Shown in pieces: positions 13,093 through 26,321 of a stretch of DNA of 64,000 nucleotides; the stretch's first letter is position 1; every line of letters begins with the position of its first letter. The stretch is from Lingula anatina. Lineage: Eukaryota > Animalia > Brachiopoda. The stretch covers positions 992,001 to 1,056,000 of the forward strand of contig CM120646.1 of NCBI GenBank assembly GCA_051362555.1. The letters run 5' to 3'. Under the pieces are notes generated by a model. It was not told the origin of the DNA. It worked only from the letters and a program-made list of their open reading frames with translations, and searched no databases. A program made the translations under genes and the position numbers.

Positions 13093-15503
13093 ACGCACTT
13101 GGTCCGCCTCTCCTTTGCGCAACGCTTTCTTCACACCCTTTCTCCTTATTAACATCCAGATCATAATACGCTTAAGTTAAAATACCTGTGTTTTCTAAAA
13201 CATAAGGATAATGGTTTTTATCTGATCGTGAATATTGATAGGTAAATAAAAATGACCTCGGGTTAATCTGGGAGAAAAGCAGGTTAACCGAAGAAGAGGA
13301 AGTCGTAAATAATGAGTGCGCACTTTTTCTGCGTAACAGGACCTAGAAGTTATAAAAGATAAACGGTAGTTTGGATCATTCTGCAAAATCACACCGTCAT
13401 TTCCGAAAACCTCTCCCTTTTTTTAAAAATCGTGTTTGCTTTGTCTTCGGGTTCCGTTATTTGACACGCTGTATCCAAGGCGTAACCCGTCACGACCACG
13501 AGCACTTTACGAGAAGGCTGCTAGGAAACGGGCGGGGCTTGCTAGGCCTAGGGTGTAACGTTTACAGTCCACCTAGTAAACTTGCGTGCAAACGTTTACT
13601 CTCCAATATAACTGACATTTATTGTATATGTCTTGTACGCTTCGCCAGTAAGTGTAGCACCTCATCGCGGTCACAGAACCGCCTTGTGCTTTTTTTCCTT
13701 ATTGCCCAGCCGCTTGCGGTTAACTACACAATGAAGTTACAAGTAAGATAATGACTAGCCTGTATGTGCGACAATGCATAGAACAAAATGAAAAAAATGA
13801 TTCACGCTGAGTGGACATAATGAAGCGTATCCCTTCCTCGTATTCTATAATTATTATTTTCATGGAATACTTTTGATGTGTTTTTTAATTCTTGAATGCA
13901 CAATTGGCGGGAAGCGAGACGTGCATCGTTAACCAAGCGTAACAAGACATACAAACCAGCTTATATAACCGAATTTAGGAATAATATTCAGGGCTTTAAG
14001 AATGCTACATGTGTATGGAAAAATGGGAATGAATATATAAAAGCTGCAACGTAAGAAGAGGACCTAAAATGACGAAAAATTGTAAAGAAAATTAAATGAT
14101 TTATCATGCTGTGTAATTATCATATGATTAATCACGCTGTCAAAGTGAGATAAAACAATAATAAGAAACAGGAATTTCAGATAAATAGCCGTGTGCGGGG
14201 GAGGTGGGCCAACCCAAGAGGACAATTATTCGTGGACAATTAGTTTTTGGGCGGGTCCTTATCTCTGCGGCACCTTAGGCATATCAACAACACAATTACA
14301 ACAACAACAACATCAGCAACTTGTAAATACACCTCTCCCAGTGTGGTATTGGGATTTTACTCGACATAGATATTCCGATGTACTTGCTTTACAGATATTA
14401 AGATTAAACAATGGAATGAACAAAGGGTAAATAAAAACTCAGTGGACGGGCCTTACTAAGGTGACAAACACACGTTACCTAAGACAGAGAAATCTGTAGG
14501 GGTGGGGGTGGGGGTGGGGGTGAGGTGACCGTCCACTCTGTGAAGCAGGCCACATGGTGATGATGAAGACCCGCTATTAATAATTTAGGCTCAATTTACA
14601 TGTCAAGCAGATTATATGTAAAGAACTAAAGACAACGGCTCTGTATATCCTCTGATTGACTTGGGGCTCGGGGAAAATTGTGCACCATTTTTGTGACTTG
14701 GAGTAACAGCATTGGGGGCACATATTAATTGTTCAGCCCCTCCACCCCCCCCACCCCCACCCCCACCCCACGTCAAAGAGAAAGCTATTTATGAGAGCAC
14801 GCACGCATGCATACACAAAGAAATTAAACCAACGCGAGTACGCATGTACCTGTTTACGCGCACGGTTACGCCCTTTTTAAAAAACCGCTTTGCAAAAGCA
14901 AAAGCTTGAGAAAATAAGGCCCAATAAACACAAATTCCCACACCAAAGGGGATAATAGAATCTTTCAGATATAAAGACCCCGATATAGGGTGATCCAAGT
15001 ACAGTGGCTCTTTCTCTGGCGATACTTGATAGATGTGACTTGGTCCGAGTAAATCACCGCTCTCTGCACGGACCATATATACTGCGACGTCTACCCTGAC
15101 CCGGAAATAAAGCAATGTGTTTACTCACGAAAACCACTTGGGGTTGGTTAGGAGGGTGAAGGAGGGGAGTAAATTGAGCCCCGTTTTGATACGCTGTCAC
15201 CGGAGGATTATTCATACCGTGACCGTAGATAAAAACAGTTATCTTCAGCGACGCTGGGATTAGATTTATCAGCGAGGAGAAGAGTTGACAAGGGTAATTT
15301 GACTTCGGGATCGCGGAGAGGGATCTTTACAGCGTCTTTAACCACAGAGTAGCAAGGGAAACCGTAGACACGCACAAAACGCTTAATGCACTCTTAACGT
15401 CACATAAGAGATATCACTTTGAAGACACATCTGAAATCTAGCGACCACTAATAAAATTTTCAGCGTCGGAAGAGGACATAGTAAGTTCACAGTGTCCAGC
15501 AAA

Positions 15504-15810
15504 ATGACATCGCTTAAAGAGGTGACTTGCGTCGCTGTAGTCCTGCTGAATTATGCTGTTTGCTCAGGTAAGAGGACACACATGCACTTGTTAGCCTAAT
15601 TATTCTGTTAGCACACATTTTGTCGGTTTGTCCAAGGGCAGAAACGTGACTGACATTCTAAGACACGTTTTTCACTCATCTAATAAGTTAAACGGAGCGA
15701 GCATGTTTAGTTTGCGATTTCATGTTATATTATACTTGTCATTTGTGTGAATTTTCTCTTCCAATCAGGCTATCTCTTCCTCTCTCTATCTCTCTCTAAC
15801 ACACACAAAT

Positions 15811-15848
<38 letters not shown>

Positions 15849-17939
15849 AGAGAGAGAAAGAGAGAGAGCGAGAGAGAGATTTGTTTTGCAGACTATCAGT
15901 CTTCACTGAGGACATCTCAAACAAGTTTGATCCAAAATTCAGAAAATCTCTTCCCATTTTTTTTCTAAACCAGCGGAGCTCGAATCAGTGGCGCGTGGCC
16001 GTGAACTTGGGGAATTTTGTATTGAACTGCGTGACTATTTCAAGCTAAGTGCTTTAAAGTATACATAACACACCTGCATGGGAAATTCCCGACGTCTTTT
16101 TCTTTAACGATCCAATGATCAGAAATCCGTCTTCTTGGAAAAAAAAATCGGGGTGGCAAGACAAATAGTGTATCAGCCTCCGCCCCTTCATAATCGAATA
16201 GAAAGAGTGTCTTAGCAGGGCAGGGGGTGGGTAGGCAGATTAATATGTGCCACACCCCTCTCGAAATATTGGAAACGCCAATGCTGTCAAAAAGTTGTAA
16301 TGTTTATTACATTATTATAAATGATTTGTAAATAAAACATAATCCGAATGGAGCAGTTGTACAGTAAAAGTCAGCGCTGTATTTAATTAAGACTCATCAG
16401 TAAATTGTTCACTGCGTTCATATCTTGATGTTCTATGTTAAAGATAACCTCTAGCAACTGGTGCTTGTGTCTGCATATAAGATAAGGAGAATATTGTGCA
16501 CGAATGTGTATGCGCTGTTGACATATATATAGGATCGTTCAACAAGTTTAAAGACAAATAGCATGCACTCAGAGCACGGGTATATTTGGTGATTAGGACG
16601 AAGTCGTATTTCTCTATCTAGATCTGCCGCACGCTGGGTCTGCAGTTAAAATAAACCTGGTTAGTTTTCTTTTAAACAAGCTGAAGCGCAACTGAATGTT
16701 TTTTTAGTCCTTTGTAAGTAAAACCGTGTTGCGGAACATGTGAAGAATTCACATGCTACAATAAGATGAAGTTTAGCTCAGCGTGAAGTTGACGAAAACG
16801 TGAAAAAAAAAAACATCATGTAAAACAACATGTTATAGAGCATTTATTGTCAAAAACATTAGAAGAGCAAGTGCATCCGAACTTATCCCCTCATAGCCCA
16901 AATAACCGGGAAGTACAAGGAACTGAAAGAGGAAGAGAATTTTCTCATAATTAACATATACCTTAAGCTCAAGCTTCCGTCTTATAAACTAAACACTGGG
17001 TAGAATTACAGAAGGTACACCTTGTTCAAAACCCAGCAGTGTTGACATTATCACCACGCAGAGCCAAATTGGTTGTAAACGAATGTTTTTGTTACGCTGT
17101 TTTTTTATGTTGCTCACTTCACGTGGCCGTCTACACGGTTTAAGGCATGAGGTTTAAGTTAACATAGCGTCTGATTCTCATTGGTGGAATAATGGGTCGA
17201 TTTATTCGTACAAGGTAGTTCTTTTATTGGTTGGCCAAGCACGATGATTTCTTGTCCGTAAGTTGTCCTTCTACACACGCTTTTGGGTCGTGGATGCAAT
17301 ATCCCACTACCAAAACACATGAAAAAATATCATTTTACCAGTGTTCAATAGTAGATAAAATTAGACCTGTTAAAGTAAAACTTGTACTATCTATATAGAT
17401 GAAATTTCCATGCGTTGAGGCGTTTTGATACCTGTTCCAATAGACCCGTGCATTAATAATGCTGCAACAAGGAGAACAGGGGTTTCATGGTGGCTGTTTT
17501 AATCTAATGTTTTAATCTAATGTTTTTATCTAATTGGATCGCAAATGAACATAATTTGCTCTCCCTCTCGTTTCCTTTCGTTTCTTCTTCATTTTACGAT
17601 AAATAAATAAACAGCGACACTCTACTTCTGATTATTAAGGGGCGGGGATTGATAAAGTATTTGTTCCCACCCCGATTTTTTTTTTCTTGGAGGAGGGATT
17701 TCTGACTATAGGATTTTTAAAGAAAACGACACTGGGAATTTCCCATACAGGTGTATTATTTGTACTTGAGAGGACCTAGCCTGAAAGAGTCACGCACTAA
17801 AACGGAAAATCCCCAAGTCCACGGTCACGTGCCGCTGATTCCAGCTCCGCTAGTTAAGAAAAACACGCGAAGAATTTTTATAAATTTTGGATCAAGTGTT
17901 CGAGATAACTGCAGAGTAGACAGATCGTCTGCACAAAAC

Positions 17940-17982
<43 letters not shown>

Positions 17983-20900
17983 CCTTTGCCTGTGGCATTT
18001 TTCGTTTTGATACTCCATGCACCATCTATGCACTCCCGATATGACAGATATATTCATTACATACATGTATACCTGTCATTTGAACCCTTGGTGGCTTCTC
18101 TGCACTCTACCAATGTGTGTGCTATCTTTAGACCTACTATCTGGCCTCAGCATCTCAAATACTCCTTTGTCACGTCCTATCAAGCAAAAATGTTATCTGT
18201 CATCGTTTCAAACTACAAAATTAATATGGTGCACTGATGAATGCAGAGATTGTGCTCACACAACATACGAGTTTTCTATGCATATATGCACGTGGAGTTC
18301 AAAACGTGGACTTCAAAACGGCGCGTTAATAATTAGTCAAAATGTCTTAATATTTCTAGCGTCTAAGAAATGACAAATGGTTATCGATTCAGCAGTATAC
18401 CAGTGCGTCCATCCCTATAAACTTTATGATATGTTCTCTAGAGGTGATTTGTTTTTTAAAAGGATAAAAAAGCGTAAATATTGGGAGTGGCCCATGTCAC
18501 GTGACCGTGACGGTGATGTCCAAGATGGGAATCGACACTTAAAGAAACCTGAAAAAGAAAAAAAGTCTAATAACGGTCTTGGCAGGACCGCTTAATTGTC
18601 TTTTGTGGGAGTTACGCCCCCATTTTGTCCCTATGTCCTTCTTGAATATTGGGCACATGGTATTTAAGTAATGGAAATGCCCCCCCCCTCCCCCCACCTC
18701 TTCCTCGCTCTAAAACCATGGCAAAATGAAAATACATGTTTTCACCTCGGATTGCATTCTAGCTTATTGATGAACATTGCTTGTACAGGAGAAGTATTAT
18801 CAAAATAGAACCTTTAACATGTCGACCTTTTTGTTTCTCACGATTCAAAAATACTTGAGACACAAAATGTTGAAGAAGTTGTTGAAGAAAGGCTAGGACG
18901 ACCGAGACAAGGATATGGCGTTTAGGAAAAGTTCATTTCTAAGTAAAGTCTGTTCTTACAGTATAAGTTTCCAAATAATTAATTATCACGACGCCGTGCG
19001 ATAACGATACAAAAGTGTTGACAAAAGCATTACCCGCACCTCTCTCTAATCACGTGCTGCTAACTGACACCAAGCGAAAGAAAGAGCATTCTTAAAATTG
19101 GGTATTTTTGAGTTTATAAGTATTATAAGATTAGTATTTCTGACATGTTACCCCTTTGATTTCACTCTACGGGAACACTGACGCACGTGGAAGTTCTTTT
19201 ATTTTCGAGTCAAATTGTTTATTATACATACATACATACTGTTGAGGTAATCTTTGGACTATTGACTTTATAAAGAGACCCATGATGTAAACAAAGAACG
19301 GTTAAACAACGGTTGACATCGGTGGTCAACAGGTCGTTCAAAACAATTAATACTCTTTATTTACCCAAAAAATGAAAACACTGGTTCTAAGAATTAGAAA
19401 GGTTATTAACATTACAGTGGACAACCGCTGTGTCATCTTCCGCATTGTCGTGGAGGCCTGTCACCAATGGACTGTCACCAGCGTCTGTCACCAGACCACA
19501 ATTACTCACACAGTGACCCCCCCAAGTTGACACTTCACTCTGATAACATGTTAATCCTAGCAGCGCGTGCTCCTCTGTTTGGGCGAATGAGTGTTTTGTC
19601 CAACTTTTAGTACAGACAGAGGGTTATCTTTATTTTGTTACATTAATGCAGAAAGCAAATTAATTATTTTTTAAAATTAAAAAAAAAATTAATAATGAAT
19701 GAAGTGCTCCACTGTTTGGGTGAATGTGTGTTTTGTCTAACTTTTCGGACAAATCGACCTTTAAAACAAAGTCTTAGTTTAATAACAAACATTTCAAATC
19801 AAATCACTAGTGTTTTTTATCTTAATTGGACTTTTGTAAACACACTTATAGCAATGACATTGCGCGGAATTTTATTATCTATTTACATGCTTGTATTTCA
19901 TATTGGCTGTGGTTGAATACCAAGTGAAAACATATATAACCTCAAAGTTAACCGCACTTTATTATGACCTCGAAAAAGACCACGCGAACCAGCTCCAAAA
20001 CAGGAAGAAATGACCTGGGCACGTTTTAGAATCCGCGTGCCCAGCACGATCTTCCGCGCTGGGCTTCCGCGACGCCAGTTTACGTAAACGTCCGGAAACA
20101 GCCGATGTTTCGCTTCCGAACACATCTGATTGGTCTGTTTGTTTCCTTGCGTTGTTCGATACGGTTGAGGATATAGAATGTTTTGATGAGCTAGTGGCAC
20201 GCATGGATGCTGACCCGAAATATTTGGGGTGGCAATAGGACTAATAGCTTACGCTTCGTCACACTAAAATATTATCTCTGGTGATCGAGCTAAACAAAAG
20301 GAAGAATTGGAACGAACATTATCCAACAAACTTCTAATTTAAAATACGTCTGAAAAACACAACTGTACAATCGCTCTGTGCTCGGATTAGTCTGTCTTAT
20401 CAAGGTGTTACACACTGCGACAAACTTGCCAATCAAAAATATTTTTACCAAAAATACAATTGAAAAGCTCTATATTATTTACATGTACGTATTAGTCATC
20501 AACATGGCGACGATGTGGTAATTAAGCCTCTGTTTTTGATTTACTGACCCAGGGCAACTTATCAGACGGTACTAGCAGGATATGCGAGTTCATGCAATAT
20601 TCAGTAAAACTTGTAATGAAGAAAGAATGCCAATTAACCATTATCCCCGAAGGCAAGGTATCAGAATTCAGAATAAATAGCATTTTAAAGCTGTGAATAA
20701 GTTAAAGGTGTTCCAAGATTGAGGTAATTAAAGCTTTATTGTGTCAACCCTGTCAAAGGTGACACTATTAACATTGTGTGTCAGTGTTCCCGTAGAGTGA
20801 AATCAATGGCGTAACGTGTCAGAAATTACCGCATGCTTGCTTATACTCTCACCACTACTAGTCATCAGACATTAGGCTTTACATTTTTGCATATAATTAT

Positions 20901-23900
20901 GGTAAAGTAACCGGCTATTCTCCTATATATGATTCCATTTGTACGATTTAAAATGTAATGAATACTGTTTCGTTTTGTACTTGGTTCATTAGTTATTTTT
21001 TTAATTAGAATTATTGTTTTGCATTCTGCTTTATTAAAATAAAATAATGACAACTGTCCTTCTGTCTGTCGGTCAATCCTTAAGAATGTCTGAATGATAG
21101 ACACTACTACAATTGTGTTCTTTGTCAGCGAGCACGAGCGTTTTCACTTCGTGTTTTCCTCTTCCTTATTTGTTATCAGACCATCTTCCCCTTATGGTTG
21201 TCAGTTGTCAACCCTTAGAAAACTGCCCGTGGGTGTCTTGTCAGTGGGCTCTGTTTATCAGTTGCACCCTGGAAGACTGATAGGGGGAATATTTAACTTC
21301 CTCAGAACCATTCAGGAACCATCGCATCTTTATCTGTTTAATACAAACTGTATATCAGAATTAATCCAAAACGGAAGGCACTGGCGAATAGTGAATGGAG
21401 TTTTGTGAACTAATTCTTTCAGATGCTATGGAATGTACAGATGATAGAATAGTTTTTCGTATTAAACAAGAAAAAATAATATCAATATATGAAAAAGACG
21501 AGAGAGAGAGAAAGAGAGAGAAACAAGCAGAACAAAAACGTAGCAATCAGCATTTTAATCTATATTATATCTTCATCGTTCAAAACTTACACACACATAG
21601 ATGTTTAATGGGTAGCTGGGTAAATTTTCTTAAGTTCCTATATATTTTATTTGCTAATCACAATATTTCTAGCAATATTTTTTCTTATATTGTTCTGATT
21701 TACTCCCCAGTTTGGTCAAGCTGCCCCCCTATAGTGAGTAGAGCGGAGTGGGGAGCCAATCCCCCGGTCCAGACCACCAACCTCACCCTACCCGTGGAGT
21801 ACATCGTAGTGCACCACACCGCCTGGGACAGGTGCTTTACAGAGGAGGACTGCGTGAAACAGGCCAAGAGAGTGCAGGTAGACGCACGCGTGCACACACA
21901 CACACAGGCACGCAAATACACACTTTTATGCCAGGTTTACAGAAAATTGGAGTACACGTGCAAGCACGCACGCACGCATGTACATAAGCATGTACACACG
22001 CACACACACACTTAATAATGTTCCAGTATTGTTTTATAAAGTTTCTCCTCTATAAAATTCTACATAATTTCTGACAGTCACGTTGTTGAATCCTCTAGTG
22101 TACTGTACAAAGTTTGTCCTACCTAACCCGAATCCCCCTCCCTCCGAGATTATTGTAACCACAATATAAAACGGCCATCTTGCAATCTCTTAGGTGTGAA
22201 AACGATTCCAAAAACGCGGAAGTCTACTCCCCTTACTAACCAAGTCGCGGGCAATGAGAGAGGACACGCTATACAGATGCATCTAATGACCACGTGGATG
22301 CCAAGACGACTAAATCATTTACACACAAGTGTGCACACTGCACATCGTCTTACTAAACCGGAGAAGAATTGCAATAACATCTTGTTTGTCATAAAATCAT
22401 GAATGACTGTAGAAATTGTTGGTTTTTTTTCGTGTGTACGAACGTGTGATGATACACCCACACCGATGTTTGGCATGAATGAAATATCAAATCAGATCTA
22501 CACATAATCACACCCTCCTGTTTATGACTGTACTGCATTTAAGATGAATATATGAAACCACAGGCGATAAACATTGGTGTTCCAAAAACGATAATTATAT
22601 TTTTTTTACATCAAAAGTAGTAAACAAGTGAATCAGAAGCACAGCAATTATATTGATAAAGAGTGAAAGAAACCGTCTAATAACAATCTTTGCTTTTAAA
22701 ATAACGGCCATTTGCCTCACAGATATGCTGTACCCCAATTATACCTGTAACAGAATATAGACATTTGTCAATGGTGGGACAACTAGTCGCTGTGAGCAGA
22801 TTTCGTGGCACTGTAAGCTCACGTTAATATGAATATAATGTGGATTTAATGAATGAATGGCAAGATTGGTGTCTTTTAATTCCTCCCCTTCAGATTTAAC
22901 GAGATAAGGAATTCATATATATGCGACTAAGATTTGGTTTGCATGTATTATACTGTTTGAAACTGTGACCGGGAAACCACACAAATTTGGTGCAAATGGA
23001 AAAATTGTGAATTATGAAAACTGATAAGAATTATTGTTAATTTGGGAAGCAGGCCGCCCTAGAAATAGGACCCCACCCTGCACCCTGTAGCGACCTAAAT
23101 CTTTATCTTATATATCCACACAGCACTTCTGTCCTTTATAACCGTGTGCAGCCATAACAATACTCTTCATGGAAGGATATAGCTCAGCCTGATAGGTATT
23201 TAGATAGATACCCTTGCCGAGTAACCATTTCAATTCTTATCTGATTCCTCGTCTAAAATGAATGAAAAATCTAATGTGAGTAATTATCCCTAATATCTCC
23301 ACTTTATGGCACCACAGAAAATTTTATTTCAAAGTGTTTCGTCAATTATCCATGCTTACTTTAAATTTTTGTAGTAGGTTGATCGTTCGAGTTTTCAGAC
23401 AAATTGCAACAACTTTTCCTTAAAATTCATGCTTCACAATTTTTATATTTTAAACCAGGAATTATCATGGTCCATATGTATAACCAAAATAAAGATTAAA
23501 AATATTGAAAGACCAATTATAGACCGGCTGAAGTCTCCCAGAGGAAGATGCAACGTCGTCAACTTTAAAAAATCGGTCCAGTAATGGATTTTTTAAAATT
23601 TAAAAACAGTTATATCATAAATAGACTAATCGTTTCTTCATTGTGTCTAGGACTATCACCAGGGAGACAAAGGGTGGTGGGACCTCGGGTACAACTTCAT
23701 GGTGGGGGAGGACGGCCGTGCCTACGAGGGCAGGGGCTGGACGTCCCAGGGGGCCCACGCCAGGGGATTCAACTCTAAGTCTATCGGTAAGTACAGGTGG
23801 ATTCACGTCAGGATTATCTAAAACCGAAAGTGGCGTTAAATTGCTTAATCTTGCAGATTGAAAAAGGTTGCAGAGAAAACTCCACTGCGCATGCGGTCTG

Positions 23901-25796
23901 GTCACACGATGACGCGTTTTCGAGATTATCTGGTTGGAGATGACCTTCAGAAAATGCAGTTTTACTGAAAATAAGATGTTTTGATATTTCGTGGTATTAC
24001 GACGACGAAATATATTTCAATTATTTTAAGTTCACGATGTATGGTTGATATTTGGTAAATTTCAACAGTAAGATCGTTAAATCGTTAAGTGTGACTTACG
24101 ACTTTATATCTAAAACGGAATTTAATCATTTAGACATAACACAAATTTATATTATAACAATATTAAGATTTGATTAAATTACCAGGTATTTGGGTTGATA
24201 TTCAAAGTAATAATTCTTCATTAAGGCATCACTATATTTGGCGACTTTCGCTGGGACATGCCCAAGAGAAACGCATTAGAAGTGGTGAAGTCTCTCATCG
24301 CTTGCGCCAAAGAACAGTAAGTCGACAACAGATGCAACAATTAATTATTTTTCAACACAGATTTTGAAAACAAATTATCTCATTTAGTAAAGTGCATTTA
24401 GATTCTGATGAAAAACTCAGTTCTTGTATATTTTATGTACTGTTGTAAAATCAAATTTCACTCTCTGTCTCTAGTACTTCTTATAAAACTTATGAATACC
24501 ATCAGATCAGCAATCCCGACAGGTTTTTTTAAAAGCAAAATGGACCTTTTTACCTCTTGAGTTGAAATTACTTTATTCAAAGCGGAAGTTTCGCCATCAA
24601 AAAAGGGGTTCTTTAACATCACCAGAACGCCACTAGCATAAAATTTATATAATATTACTGTTCGGAGCCAACCATTTTCGGACATAAAGGGTCTTTCTTG
24701 AACCCCTTACCCCCACTCTGAACGTCACTCCATGCCTTCAGACCTGACAACTAATCCTGTTTCGTTTTTATTTTCACAGGGGCGTTATTCAGGACAACTA
24801 CACGGTGATCGGTCACATGCAGGCAGCCACGCCCTCCTACACGGAGTGCCCGGGGGGAGAACTGCTCTGTGAGATATCCACCTGGGACAACTGGGTAAGT
24901 GGTCAAACAGGTTCTCTATCAGGCCATTGACTGTAGGGTCCTATAGGATGTCCCGTAGGAAATTGGCCCAAAATCCTATAGAGCCCTATAGGACGTACAT
25001 GCCCGTAGCCATCGATCTCAAAAGGGTTGTTCTTTTTTTTCGAAAAAGTGGACTTTTTACAATGAAACCTCTGTGTACCTAGATCAAATTTAACCAGAAT
25101 GGACTTTTTCCTGACAAAAAGAGCGGCTCTTTCGAACCCTCTCCCCCACCCACCCGGCTACGGACCTGACTTTGTTTACTTTTAGACACTTGATGGGACG
25201 TCCGATAGAATTCTTATAGAGTCCTGTAAGAATCCTATAGAGCTTTATACAGTCCTATGGGATGTCCTATAAGATATTTGTGAGGGCCATTGGCACCATT
25301 TCAGAAAAGGGCTCAATCACAGATTGATCTTAGAAAACATGGATAAATTTTAGTGCATTTATGTGGCATCTTGGCCTAGTTTGAGAAAGACAGTAAAATT
25401 GACTTGGCATTTTAGACGTAACGTTTAACTGAAGTGCTCTTAGCGCGGCTTACCAGCTATTATAAAAACAAAAAAATTTGACGAGCAAATTTTACAAAAT
25501 GTTTATATTGTAGTTTTGAATAAAAACATGTTTTTTTCGGAAGCTTATCAGAAATTAATTCAAAAGAGTTACCAATTACATAAATCGTGTACTTTTATAA
25601 ATATGTTTTCTCTTTTTAGAAACCTTTCCAATTCAATGGTACCTTCACATTCCCGGCAAACTGTTCAGAACCAAGTACGGGTCCTTCTAACTCTGCAAAC
25701 ACGCATGCGCACTGTGCCAGCTATTCTCCGATCCTCTGTGGCTTCCTGTCTGTCCTGCTTCTCAGTTTAACATTTTCGTACTCTCGAAGCTGCTGA
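15504..25796 (+). CDS. Peptidoglycan recognition protein, single amidase-2 domain, signal peptide and GPI-type C-terminus (PGRP gene 1, about 249 aa)
   Basis: Exons 15504-15567 ([21 protein letters not shown]), 21711-21877, 23651-23786, 24226-24316, 24780-24894 and 25620-25796 total 750 nt in frame. Motifs: [38 protein letters not shown]. The protein ends [36 protein letters not shown]. Linkage of the first exon is inferred from matching phase 1. Confidence 0.9.
15775..15878. repeat. Compound (CT)/(CA)n/(GA)n microsatellite
   Basis: Directly visible. Confidence 0.9.
16080..16090. promoter_or_regulatory. NF-kB/Rel consensus site GGGAAATTCCC
   Basis: Exact match to the GGGRNWYYCC consensus, in intron 1 of PGRP gene 1. 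Function is untested. Confidence 0.5.
17734..17814. promoter_or_regulatory. Pair of NF-kB/Rel consensus sites (GGGAATTTCCC 17734-17744; GGAAAATCCCC 17804-17814)
   Basis: Two kB-type matches 70 bp apart in intron 1 of PGRP gene 1. Confidence 0.5.
17943..17978. repeat. (CT)n microsatellite
   Basis: Directly visible. Confidence 0.95.
19135..20828. mobile_element. 1.7-kb segment bounded by an approximately 52-bp inverted repeat; probable non-autonomous DNA transposon
   Basis: 19135-19186 TATTTCTGACATGTTACCCCTTTGATTTCACTCTACGGGAACACTGACGCAC is the near-perfect reverse complement of 20776-20828. An internal direct repeat of about 50 bp lies at about 19567 and 19703. Confidence 0.6.
24922..25291. 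mobile_element. CCTATAG-repeat element with a nested CAGGCCCGTAGCC-family MITE (about 24998-25168)
   Basis: Degenerate TCCTATAG(G/A) units of about 11 bp lie on both sides of the MITE. GGCCATTG occurs as a direct repeat at both outer ends. Confidence 0.55.
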
Positions 25797-26321
25797 CCTT
25801 CACCTTGACTTTGTATAACGCACGTCACTGATTGGTGCCATTTAACATAGCACAATGGAATCAGCTAATGTCTGCGAAGAAACAGTATACTTTCTATCAG
25901 TATATACCCAGTTACTGGGACCATACCCTGTACATAATTTTAGAGCACATGTTATAAATTTGCTTTTATTATTATCATTTTACTTCAAAGACCTGAGTGC
26001 ATGCCAATACTAGTCATGATTTAGGACATGTTCAAATTAGCCAATGGTGTGCCTTATGTGATCTCTAGCGCAGATGAAGCAGGAGCTTGTCTTGGCTGAG
26101 AAATAATATATGTCAAATATATAAATGGATGTTTGGTAGTATTAACCATTAAAACGGCACACAATATCTGTGCATAGGAATGCTGCATATTATTTATAGC
26201 ATGGGCTTCACTGAAATTGTAACAATTTTCATTAAAAACCGGTGATGATTGTTTCTGCTAATAGAGGTCGACACAATATGCATGTCCCGCGATGTACATA
26301 TACCATGCTTGAACAAATCAA

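Noticed and set aside
21395-22015. 206-aa ORF as a single-exon gene
   Set aside because: Only 21711-21877 is PGRP exon. The rest is intron read-through.
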